Source of the DNA: an uncultured Planctomycetia bacterium
GTDB lineage: Bacteria > Omnitrophota > Gorgyraeia > JABMQH01
Length of the DNA stretch: 39,203 nt
Direction: 5' to 3'
Assembly: GCA_964421145.1 (NCBI GenBank)
Contig: CAYQVM010000001.1
Coordinates: forward strand, 6,108-45,310
A model generated the notes under the pieces. That model was not told the origin of the DNA. It did not search any database and was given only the letters and a program-made list of their open reading frames with translations. Shown piece after piece: positions 1-7,818 of the stretch (its first letter is position 1; every line of letters starts with the position of its first letter). Both the position numbers and the translations under genes were made by a program.

Positions 1-168
1 ATTCAGAGCATGATAAAAGCGAAGGTCCAGGACATGCTCGGGATCGAGGAGAGCATCGCTGTTAAAATACACATAGCCAAGATAGCGCAAAAGGAAGAGC
101 CCAAAGAATCAAAATATAAAGAATATAAGGAAAAAGAAAACCTGCCTTTTAGAGGCATAGAGTATTAA
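1..168 (+). CDS. Asp23/Gls24-like protein, C-terminal fragment (ORF enters from upstream of the window)
   Basis: Frame 1 is open from base 1 to TAA at 166-168. The tail IQSMIKAKVQDMLGIEESIAVKIHIAKI resembles the conserved C-terminal region of alkaline-shock (Asp23) family proteins and is followed by a K/E-rich end. Confidence 0.4.
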   Translation: MQSMIKAKVQDMLGIEESIAVKIHIAKIAQKEEPKESKYKEYKEKENLPFRGIEY

Positions 169-186
169 ACGAGGAGGATTGTATTT

Positions 187-1215
187 ATGACTAAAATAGG
201 TATATTAACAGGCGGGGGCGATTGCCCTGGCTTAAACTCCGTTATAAGGGCGGTGGTAAAGACAGCTCACGAAAGAGACATGTCTGTAGTTGGCATAAAG
301 AACGGCTGGAAGGGCCTGATTGAAAACGATACCCTGCCCCTGGACCTCAGGTCCGTTTCCGGCATCCTGCCGCGGGGCGGCACCATACTCGGGACAAGCA
401 GGACCAATCCATATAAAAATAAAGATGACGTTGAAAAGGTAAAATACCACTACAAGACGCTGGGTTTTGATGCCATTGTCGCTATCGGCGGAGAAGATAC
501 CCTTGGCGTAGCCTCCAAACTGTGCAAGGAGGGCCTGAAGATAGTCGCCGTCCCGAAAACCATAGACAACGATTTATCGTGCACCGATTACACCTTTGGT
601 TTTGACACCGCGGTCAATATAGCTATGGAGGCCATCGACAGGCTCCATACCACGGCCGAGAGCCATCACAGGATTATGGTCTGCGAAGTCATGGGCAGGC
701 ACGCGGGCTGGATAGCGGTTCATGCGGGTATGGCCGGAGGCGCCGACGTAATACTCATCCCGGAGGTGCCTATTGATGTTGATGAGGTCTGCGAGATAAT
801 AAAAAAAAGGAGGGATAAGGGGAAAACCTTTAGTATCATCGTTGTCGCGGAAGGGGCAAAGTTCAAGGAGGGCCAGAATATCACGCAGGAAGAAAAGCTT
901 GACGCATTCGGGCATGTAAGGCTCGGTGGCATCGGTCAAATCCTGTCCGACCTCATTGAAGAAAAAACCGGATATGAGACAAGGGTCACTGTATTGGGCC
1001 ATATTCAAAGGGGCGGGAGCCCGACCGCGTTCGACAGGGTCCTCGGGACCAGGTTCGGCGTTGAAGCGGTAAATTTAATAATTGAGAAAAAATTCGGCTA
1101 TATGGTAAGCCTACAGGGCAACAGGATCGACAAGGTCCCTATAGACAAGGTTGTTGGCCAGCTTAAAACCGTCGATATGGCTCTCTACGATATAGCAAAA
1201 ATATTTTTTGGTTAA
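187..1215 (+). CDS. pfk: 6-phosphofructokinase (PFK_A family; residue signature suggests possible PPi dependence)
   Basis: 342-aa ORF with SD GAGGAGG about 10 nt upstream. Carries the motifs GILTGGGDCPGLN, IGGEDT, PKTIDND and MGRHAGW typical of phosphofructokinases. Confidence 0.9.
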   Translation: MTKIGILTGGGDCPGLNSVIRAVVKTAHERDMSVVGIKNGWKGLIENDTLPLDLRSVSGILPRGGTILGTSRTNPYKNKDDVEKVKYHYKTLGFDAIVAIGGEDTLGVASKLCKEGLKIVAVPKTIDNDLSCTDYTFGFDTAVNIAMEAIDRLHTTAESHHRIMVCEVMGRHAGWIAVHAGMAGGADVILIPEVPIDVDEVCEIIKKRRDKGKTFSIIVVAEGAKFKEGQNITQEEKLDAFGHVRLGGIGQILSDLIEEKTGYETRVTVLGHIQRGGSPTAFDRVLGTRFGVEAVNLIIEKKFGYMVSLQGNRIDKVPIDKVVGQLKTVDMALYDIAKIFFG

Positions 1216-1219
1216 CCCT

Positions 1220-1792
1220 ATGAATACCATTGAAATAATAAAAAAAGATCTGGCGGAAAGCGCCAAGGTAAAAAAAGACCTGGTAAAGCAGGCGCCTCTC
1301 ATAGAAGAAATAGCAAAAGAGGCGATATCGGCCTTAAAGAAGGGCGGGAAGATCATAGTGTTCGGAAACGGGGGAAGCGCCTCCGACAGCCAACACATGG
1401 TTGCAGAATTGGTCGGCCGCTTCCGCAGGGAAAAAAGGCCCCTGCCCGCGATCAGCCTCACAACCAATACCTCTATCCTGACAGCCATAGGAAACGACTA
1501 CGGATTTCAATATTCATTTTCAAAACAGATAGAGGCGGGCGCCAGGCCGCCCGACCTCGTATTCGCGATATCTACAAGCGGAAATTCAAAAAATGTCATA
1601 GAGGCGGTTCTCGCCGCAAAGAAGATGAAATTAAAAACTGTCGGGTTGTCAGGTTGCGGCGGCGGACAGCTTTCAAAAATTTCTGACCTTTCGCTGGTGG
1701 TCCCGTCCAGCAGCACGGCCAGGATCCAGGAAGCGCACATAACCGTAATCCATATCATATGCGGCCTGATAGAAGAAGCGTTTATCAAATGA
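1220..1792 (+). CDS. gmhA: D-sedoheptulose-7-phosphate isomerase (SIS domain)
   Basis: GNGGSASDSQH and ISTSGNS motifs of GmhA. I prefer ATG 1220, just after the pfk stop at 1213-1215, over the TTG at 1208 used by the ORF track. Confidence 0.85.
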   Translation: MNTIEIIKKDLAESAKVKKDLVKQAPLIEEIAKEAISALKKGGKIIVFGNGGSASDSQHMVAELVGRFRREKRPLPAISLTTNTSILTAIGNDYGFQYSFSKQIEAGARPPDLVFAISTSGNSKNVIEAVLAAKKMKLKTVGLSGCGGGQLSKISDLSLVVPSSSTARIQEAHITVIHIICGLIEEAFIK

Positions 1793-2253
1793 GCAAAATC
1801 AAAACCCTGCCCGCCTTAAAAAAAATTCTGGCCACCCTCAGAAAACAGAACAAAAGGATTGTATTCACAAACGGCTGCTTTGACCTGCTCCACAGGGGGC
1901 ACGTTGAATACCTTAAAAAAGCGCGACAGATGGGAGACCTGCTGGTAGTGGCCTTAAACAGCGATGCGTCCGTGCGCCGATTAAAGGGGCGGAGGCGGCC
2001 GCTGACAAAACAAGCTGACCGTGCCGCCGTCCTCGCTGCCCTGGAATCCGTCGATTTCGTCACCATATTTAACGAGGGTACTCCGTTTAGGGTAATCAGG
2101 GAGATCAGGCCAGACGTGCTGGTCAAGGGCGCGGACTGGGACAAAAACAAGGTTGTAGGGAAGGATGCCGTCGAATCCTACGGGGGGACGGTCAAGTTGG
2201 TGAAATTTCTGAAAGGATACTCAACAACCAGAATATTAAAGAAAATAAGATGA
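1789..2253 (+). CDS. hldC: D-glycero-beta-D-manno-heptose-1-phosphate adenylyltransferase (RfaE/HldE domain II-like cytidylyltransferase)
   Basis: FTNGCFDLLHRGHVEYL (HxGH) nucleotidyltransferase motif. ATG 1789 overlaps the gmhA stop (ATGA). The ORF-track start at 1759 lies inside gmhA. Confidence 0.85.
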   Translation: MSKIKTLPALKKILATLRKQNKRIVFTNGCFDLLHRGHVEYLKKARQMGDLLVVALNSDASVRRLKGRRRPLTKQADRAAVLAALESVDFVTIFNEGTPFRVIREIRPDVLVKGADWDKNKVVGKDAVESYGGTVKLVKFLKGYSTTRILKKIR

Positions 2254-2681
2254 ACTATAAAGATAAACTCCTATACAGGGTCATAGACGCGAATCTCAAC
2301 AGGCTGCGGGAAGGTTTGAGGGTATGCGAGGAATTTGTCAGGTTTTTTTCAAATGACAAGGAATTGACCGGGGATTTTAAAAAGATAAGGAACAGGGTCA
2401 GCGGTATCTATAACACCCTCTCCGGGCATAAAAAGCTCTTGTTCGAGGCGCGGGACGCCTCTAAAGATGTGGGAAAGATCGGATTTATTTTCGAACGAAA
2501 AAGGTCGCGCCTGCTTGATGTATTTTGGGCAAATATCCAAAGGTCAAAAGAGTCGTTGAGGGTGCTAGAAGAATTTTTTAAGCTGGAAAAAAAAGGGCTT
2601 AGCGATGAATTCAGAAAACTGCGATTTAAAGCCTATGAACTTGAAAAAAAGGCCTACAGGAAACTTAAGGATTTAGGATGA
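2250..2681 (+). CDS. Small helical protein resembling the N-terminal extension of some ThiE proteins (ThiD2-like, from memory)
   Basis: 143 aa with 4-nt overlaps to both neighbours. LYRVIDANLNRLREGLRVCEEFVRF resembles the N-terminal domain fused to thiamine-phosphate synthase in some thermophiles. Lies directly upstream of thiC. Confidence 0.45.
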   Translation: MNYKDKLLYRVIDANLNRLREGLRVCEEFVRFFSNDKELTGDFKKIRNRVSGIYNTLSGHKKLLFEARDASKDVGKIGFIFERKRSRLLDVFWANIQRSKESLRVLEEFFKLEKKGLSDEFRKLRFKAYELEKKAYRKLKDLG

Positions 2682-3928
2682 CCCAGTCAGAATTGAAACG
2701 CATAGCGCAAATCGAAGGCGTGGATGTCGATCTTTTAAAAGAAAATATCCGCCTGGGCAAAACCGTGGTCCCCAATAATACAAAAAGAAAAATCGCTAAA
2801 CCTTGCGCTATAGGGGCGGGCCTGCGCACAAAGGTAAATGCGAATATAGGAACCTCACTGGATAAACCCAGTCTGACTGAGGAATTAAAAAAATTAGAGG
2901 TCTCAATAAAAGCGGGGGCTGATGCGGTAATGGATCTCTCAACCGGCGGGGACCTAAAAAAGATCAGAAAGGCGGTCGTTAAGAATTCCTGTATACCTGT
3001 AGGCACTGTGCCTATATATGAGGCCGCGGTAAAAACCTCCCAAAGAAACAAGGCGATAAAAGACATAGACCCGAAATTGTTCCTTGACGTGCTGGAGGAA
3101 CAGGCGGAAGACGGAGTAGACTTTTTCACGATACACGCCGGAGTCACAAGAGAGGCGGTAGAAAGGCTTAAAAATCAGGGCCGCCTGCTTAATATAGTCT
3201 CAAGGGGAGGGGCTATCCTGACCGAATGGATGCTCGCCAACAACGAAGAAAATCCTTATTATGAAAATTTCAGCGAGGTCCTGAAAATTTCCAAAAAATA
3301 CAACATAACCTTAAGCCTTGGCGACGGACTCAGGCCGGGCGCCATTCAGGACGGGACAGACAGGGCGCAGATTCAGGAGCTGATTATCCTCGGGGAGCTG
3401 GCCAAAAAATCAAGAGAGGCCAACGTACAGGTCATGATAGAAGGGCCGGGACACATCCCGCTTGACCAGATTGAGATGAATGTAAAACTGGAAAAATCAC
3501 TGTGCGACGGCGCGCCGTTTTACGTCTTGGGGCCGCTGGTAACCGACGTCGCGCCGGGCTACGACCACATAACCAGCGCCATCGGCGGAGCGATAGCGGC
3601 GAGTTACGGGGCCGATTTTTTATGCTATGTAACGCCTTCGGAGCATCTACGACTGCCTACCGTCGAAGACGTGGAAATGGGTGTAATAGCGTCCCGAATC
3701 GCCGCACACGCCGCGGATATCGTCAAGGGGGTGCCCAAAGCGGCCGAATGGGACCGGAAGATGTCGGCCGCAAGAAAAAAAAGGGACTGGAACAGGCAGT
3801 TCGACCTCGCCTTGGACCCGAAAAGGCCTAGGTTATTAAGAAAAATCTCAAAACCGGATTCGGAAGATGTCTGCACGATGTGCAGCAAATACTGTTCCAT
3901 AAAAATAATAGAAAAGCGCTTAAAATGA
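2678..3928 (+). CDS. thiC: Phosphomethylpyrimidine (HMP-P) synthase
   Basis: 416 aa with ThiC-family sequence throughout (GTVPIYEA, FFTIHAGV, MIEGPGH, APFYVLGPLVTDVAPGYDHI) and a C-terminal Cys cluster CTMCSKYC. Confidence 0.92.
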   Translation: MTQSELKRIAQIEGVDVDLLKENIRLGKTVVPNNTKRKIAKPCAIGAGLRTKVNANIGTSLDKPSLTEELKKLEVSIKAGADAVMDLSTGGDLKKIRKAVVKNSCIPVGTVPIYEAAVKTSQRNKAIKDIDPKLFLDVLEEQAEDGVDFFTIHAGVTREAVERLKNQGRLLNIVSRGGAILTEWMLANNEENPYYENFSEVLKISKKYNITLSLGDGLRPGAIQDGTDRAQIQELIILGELAKKSREANVQVMIEGPGHIPLDQIEMNVKLEKSLCDGAPFYVLGPLVTDVAPGYDHITSAIGGAIAASYGADFLCYVTPSEHLRLPTVEDVEMGVIASRIAAHAADIVKGVPKAAEWDRKMSAARKKRDWNRQFDLALDPKRPRLLRKISKPDSEDVCTMCSKYCSIKIIEKRLK

Positions 3929-3929
3929 G

Positions 3930-4032
3930 CCCCGTTAGACCTCTTAACAGATATTCTGTAGTTGTAAAGATATACGGTTTATTGGACATCTATGTTGTAG
4001 GTAAGAAAATAAGATTTGGAGGTCTAACGGGG
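3930..4032 (+). promoter_or_regulatory. 14-bp perfect inverted repeat spanning the thiC-pfkB intergenic region; the 3' arm covers the SD and first base of the GTG start
   Basis: CCCCGTTAGACCTC (3930-3943) is the exact reverse complement of GAGGTCTAACGGGG (4019-4032), with 75 nt between the arms. Confidence 0.5.
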
Positions 4033-4934
4033 TGAGCCTTTTAGTGGTGGGTTCGGTAGCTATTGATTCGGTTGAGACGCCTTTCGGCAAAAGGGAAGAG
4101 GTGCTGGGCGGTTCTGCTATTTATTTCTCTATAAGCGCGTCGTTTTTCACGAATGTCAAGCTTGTAGCCGTTATCGGCCGTGATTTTCCAAAGCAATACA
4201 TTTCCAGGTTAAAGTCCAGGGGAGTGTCTCTGGAGGGCCTTGAGGTCAGTAAAGGCAAAACCTTCAGATGGAAAGGGAAATACGAATACGACCTGAATAA
4301 GGCGAATACGATATATACAAAACTAAACGTATTTAAAGATTTCTCTCCCAAAATACCTTACGCCTACAAGAAGACACCGTATCTGTTCCTCGCCAATATT
4401 GATCCTGAGCTTCAGCTGAATGTATTAAAAAACGTTGATTCGCCCCGCCTGGTGGCGTGCGACTCTATGAATTTTTGGATAACCAATAAATTGAACGCCT
4501 TAAAGAGGCTTCTTAAAAAAGTGGATGTATTCCTAATCAACGATTCGGAGGCAAGGCTGCTATCAGGGGAAAGCAATCTGCTAAAGGCCTCAAAATACAT
4601 ATTTTCCCTCGGGCCAAGAAGGCTTATAGTCAAGAGAGGGGACAGCGGGGCGATATTCATTAAAAATGACGGCAGCTTTTTTAACACACCCGCCTATCTG
4701 ATGGAAAACCTTAAGGATCCGACAGGCGCCGGTGATTCATTCGCCGGAGGATTCATGGGATACCTGAGCAAAACGCATGAGTTGAGCGATAAGGCCATGA
4801 AACGGGCCGTTATCTACGGAACTATAATGGCCTCTTTCTGTGTCCAGGATTTCGGCCCGGCCAGATTAATAAGGCTACGGTCCTCTGACATAGAAAAAAG
4901 GGTTTATGACTATAAAAAAATTACGCGAGCGTAG
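4032..4934 (+). CDS. PfkB/ribokinase-family carbohydrate or nucleoside kinase (substrate unknown)
   Basis: GTG start preceded by GGAGG. Carries the PfkB signature DPTGAGDSFAGGF near the C-terminus. The last 10 nt overlap tRNA-Gly. Confidence 0.8.
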   Translation: MSLLVVGSVAIDSVETPFGKREEVLGGSAIYFSISASFFTNVKLVAVIGRDFPKQYISRLKSRGVSLEGLEVSKGKTFRWKGKYEYDLNKANTIYTKLNVFKDFSPKIPYAYKKTPYLFLANIDPELQLNVLKNVDSPRLVACDSMNFWITNKLNALKRLLKKVDVFLINDSEARLLSGESNLLKASKYIFSLGPRRLIVKRGDSGAIFIKNDGSFFNTPAYLMENLKDPTGAGDSFAGGFMGYLSKTHELSDKAMKRAVIYGTIMASFCVQDFGPARLIRLRSSDIEKRVYDYKKITRA

Positions 4935-4995
4935 TTCAGTGGTAGAACACCAGCTTCCCAAGCTGGATATGTGGGTTCGATTCCCATCGCTCGCT
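4925..4995 (+). tRNA. tRNA-Gly (anticodon CCC)
   Basis: Folds as a cloverleaf by hand: acceptor GCGAGCG/CGCTCGC, D arm GTTC..GAAC, anticodon stem CCAGC/GCTGG with loop TTCCCAA, and T arm GTGGG-TTCGATT-CCCAT. 71 nt, no encoded CCA. Confidence 0.9.
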
Positions 4996-5010
4996 TTTAA
5001 AAAGAAATCT

Positions 5011-5038
5011 ATGGTCTATGGTCTATGGTCTATGGTCT
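5011..5038 (+). repeat. Perfect tandem heptanucleotide repeat (ATGGTCT)x4 at the start codon of the NlpD-like lipoprotein gene
   Basis: Read directly: atggtct atggtct atggtct atggtct. Begins 16 nt after the tRNA-Gly 3' end. Confidence 0.95.
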
Positions 5039-5682
5039 TATGTCTGATGTTGTCGGGTTGCGCCACAGTGCCGTATCAACCGCCGCCTGGTGCGGAAATA
5101 TCCAGGCAGGCCGGCGGGATATACCATGAAGTAAGCAGCGGTGATACGCTCTGGCGGATAGCTAAAACATACGGAATTGAATTATCCGATATCGTAAGGG
5201 CCAATGACCTTTCGGACGCCTCAAAGATAAGTTCCGGCCAGCGGCTTTTTATACCCCGGGCAAGGACGCCGCTTAAAGTAACAACCGACACGACAAAACC
5301 TTTTGATAAAGATTATTTCATATGGCCCGTGGACGGCGAAATCATCTCTTACTACGGACAGAAGAGCAGCGGCGCCAGAAATAAAGGCATTGATATCAGG
5401 GCCAGGGACGGCAGCGAGGTTCGGGCTTCAAAAAGCGGCAGGGTGGCTTTTTGTAACGAGAATTTTAAAGGACACGGCAATATAATCATAATAGACCATC
5501 TGGATGACTTCTTTACGATCTATTCAAGGAATTCGCAAAATCTGGTAAGGCCCGGCGACCTGGTGCAGCAGAATCAGGTTATAGCATTGGCTGGTTCAAG
5601 CGGCAGGGGTAAGGAACCATACCTGCATTTTGAGGTAAGAAAACGCGGCAGGCCCCAAAACCCGTTATATTATCTGCCATAA
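5011..5682 (+). CDS. LysM + M23 peptidase lipoprotein (NlpD-like)
   Basis: Lipobox LSGC, a LysM domain (YHEVSSGDTLWRIAKTYGIELSDIVRANDL) and an M23 domain (GIDIRA, HLHFEVR). The ORF-track N-terminus at 4906-5010 reads through the tRNA and is rejected. Confidence 0.85.
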   Translation: MVYGLWSMVLCLMLSGCATVPYQPPPGAEISRQAGGIYHEVSSGDTLWRIAKTYGIELSDIVRANDLSDASKISSGQRLFIPRARTPLKVTTDTTKPFDKDYFIWPVDGEIISYYGQKSSGARNKGIDIRARDGSEVRASKSGRVAFCNENFKGHGNIIIIDHLDDFFTIYSRNSQNLVRPGDLVQQNQVIALAGSSGRGKEPYLHFEVRKRGRPQNPLYYLP

Positions 5683-5686
5683 CATT

Positions 5687-7327
5687 ATGCTGACAACGGC
5701 ATCTCCAAAAATCTTTGTCGGAAGAAATGAAATACTGGAAACCCTGAATAAAAGGGTGGAGTCGTTAAAATCCGGTTACAGGCAGAACCTCGCCCTTACG
5801 GGCCAGAAACTATGCGGCAAGACCAGCATACTTCAGAATTTTCTATCTACGCTCAACAGCGACTCTATCATACCTGTATACATAGAAGTAATCGCCGAAC
5901 CGCTTGAAACCTTCTCAAAAAAATTTATCGGAACAATGCTCTTTAATTTTCTGAAGGGCTCCGAGGAATACATAAAAGAAGACCTGAATTTCCTTATCTT
6001 TAAGGCGGGCGGGACGATTCCAAAAACCGCCTCCGCCATAAAAGAGGTCCTGGCCCTTCTGGATAAGGGGGACTTGCAGGAAGCCTACTCAAACCTTTTC
6101 GATCTCACCTCTGTATTAAAACTTGAAACCGGCAAATCTTGCATAATAATACTCGATGAGTTTCACAACCTGTCATCCCTAAATCTAAAAAATCCGTTTG
6201 CGATATTCGGCAAAAGGATAATGGTGCAAAAAGACACCATGTATGTGGTAACCAGCTCGCAGGTTTCTACAATAAAAAAGATACTCAAGGAAAGGCTTGA
6301 CCTTTTATTTGGCAACTTTGAGATTATCGAGATAAAGGATTTTGATTACGGCGTGGCAAAGGCCTTTCTTGAAAAAAGGCTTGAAGGCATACGCGTACAG
6401 GAAGAGCTGAAGGATTTTCTGATTTCTTTCACGGATTCCAGGCCTTATTATCTAGACGCCATCGCGGCCGAATTAAACAGCCTTGCCGCCCAGCTCCAGT
6501 TTAAATGGCTTGCCACCGGCCACATCTCGCAGGCGCTTGAAAACCTATTCTTCGATTCCAAAGGTTCTATAAATCAGTACTTCCAAAATCTTATTGCGGC
6601 GTTCTCGCAGGGTTCCTACGCCAATGAGTACCTAAGCATCCTGACCGCTATATCAGAAGGGAAGAAGAGACTAAGCCAAATTAGAGGCGTATTCAGCGGC
6701 AAAAAAAATGAGCTTGGCCCAAGGATGGAAAGACTGATAGAAGAAAATTTTATCGCCAAGAACGGGATGATGCACTACTTTAACGACAAGGTCTTCGAAT
6801 TCTGGCTTAAACATGTATACAACAAAAAAAGATATTCGCTGCTGAGTAACTTTCAGGACAGGGCAAATATGTTCCACAGGGAGATAGAGGACTTGATTGC
6901 CCTCTTTTTATCGGAGAACAAAAAAGATATCGCCACCCGCTTAAAAGAGCTGATGGCCTCCTTTAATAACGAGGCCTTAAAGATAGGCGAAAAAAGCCTG
7001 AAGTTGCCGAAATTCGAGAATTTTAAGACGGAGGGGCAGATGTGCGAAAGCGGTGTCCTGTCCATCAGGGCCGAATACGGCGGGAAAAAATTCTGGGTTT
7101 TCAATTTCAGCCCCCAGTCGGTTGACGAACCGGGAATGTCAAGGGCCATAGAAAGAATAACTGCTATGAAACTCGCACCCCAAAGAAACGTTTTTATAGC
7201 CTTCGCGGGGATTGACGCAAACGCGATGCTGATAGCAAAAGAAAACAGGGTGTGGGTATTAGGGAAGGAGGATCTGAATTTATTAATGCCTCTTTTTAAT
7301 AAATTCAAGATACTAAAATATCCATGA
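5687..7327 (+). CDS. AAA+ ATPase of the archaeal-type (COG1672-like) family with a DUF234-like C-terminal module
   Basis: FVGRNEIL, Walker A GQKLCGKTS and Walker B IIILDEFH. 546 aa. The C-terminal ~90 aa form a separate module. Confidence 0.6.
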   Translation: MLTTASPKIFVGRNEILETLNKRVESLKSGYRQNLALTGQKLCGKTSILQNFLSTLNSDSIIPVYIEVIAEPLETFSKKFIGTMLFNFLKGSEEYIKEDLNFLIFKAGGTIPKTASAIKEVLALLDKGDLQEAYSNLFDLTSVLKLETGKSCIIILDEFHNLSSLNLKNPFAIFGKRIMVQKDTMYVVTSSQVSTIKKILKERLDLLFGNFEIIEIKDFDYGVAKAFLEKRLEGIRVQEELKDFLISFTDSRPYYLDAIAAELNSLAAQLQFKWLATGHISQALENLFFDSKGSINQYFQNLIAAFSQGSYANEYLSILTAISEGKKRLSQIRGVFSGKKNELGPRMERLIEENFIAKNGMMHYFNDKVFEFWLKHVYNKKRYSLLSNFQDRANMFHREIEDLIALFLSENKKDIATRLKELMASFNNEALKIGEKSLKLPKFENFKTEGQMCESGVLSIRAEYGGKKFWVFNFSPQSVDEPGMSRAIERITAMKLAPQRNVFIAFAGIDANAMLIAKENRVWVLGKEDLNLLMPLFNKFKILKYP

Positions 7328-7818
7328 AGATAGCCGTTCTTTCCGATACACATATACCTGTAACGCAAAAAGACCTTCCGAAAGAAGTTTATGACGGCCT
7401 TACGGGCGTGGACATGATCCTTCACGCAGGCGACCTGGTGGAATTCGAAGTCTTAGAAAGGCTTTTAAAAATAGCGCCTGTCCGCGCCGTCTGCGGAAAC
7501 ATGGATGACTCCAAAATAGCGGCCAAACTTCCGAAAAAAGATGTCATCAAAGCGGAGGAAGCATCGATAGGCCTGATACATGGATGGGGGCCGCCATCCG
7601 GGCTTATAGAGCTCGTGGGGCGGGAATTCAAAAACGTGGACGCTATTGTATTCGGCCACTCGCATAATGCATTGAGTGAAACAAGAAACGGGATATTATT
7701 TTTTAACCCGGGGAGCCCGACGGACAGAATATTTGCGCCGTATAAATCTTACGGTATACTTGATGTCCAAGGCAAAATAATTTCTGGAAGGATAATTAAG
7801 ATAAAAAATGGTTACTAG
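7324..7818 (+). CDS. YfcE/MJ0936-family metallophosphoesterase
   Basis: MKIAVLSDTH, HAGD, GNMD and GHSH motifs. 4-nt overlap with the upstream ATPase gene. Confidence 0.85.
   Translation: MKIAVLSDTHIPVTQKDLPKEVYDGLTGVDMILHAGDLVEFEVLERLLKIAPVRAVCGNMDDSKIAAKLPKKDVIKAEEASIGLIHGWGPPSGLIELVGREFKNVDAIVFGHSHNALSETRNGILFFNPGSPTDRIFAPYKSYGILDVQGKIISGRIIKIKNGY

Noticed and set aside
3502-3831. An Arg-rich 109-aa ORF in an alternative frame of thiC.
   Set aside because: It lies entirely inside a strongly recognisable thiC frame, and its composition is typical of an off-frame GC-rich region.
1-4100. A TPP riboswitch upstream of the thiC cluster.
   Set aside because: There is no intergenic space before 2250 or 2678, and none of the conserved TPP-aptamer strings were found by eye. 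This needs cmsearch for certainty.
4906-5010. The N-terminal extension of the 258-aa ORF (MTIKKLRERSSVVEHQL...).
   Set aside because: It is a translation of tRNA-Gly. The real start is in the heptamer repeat at 5011 or 5032.
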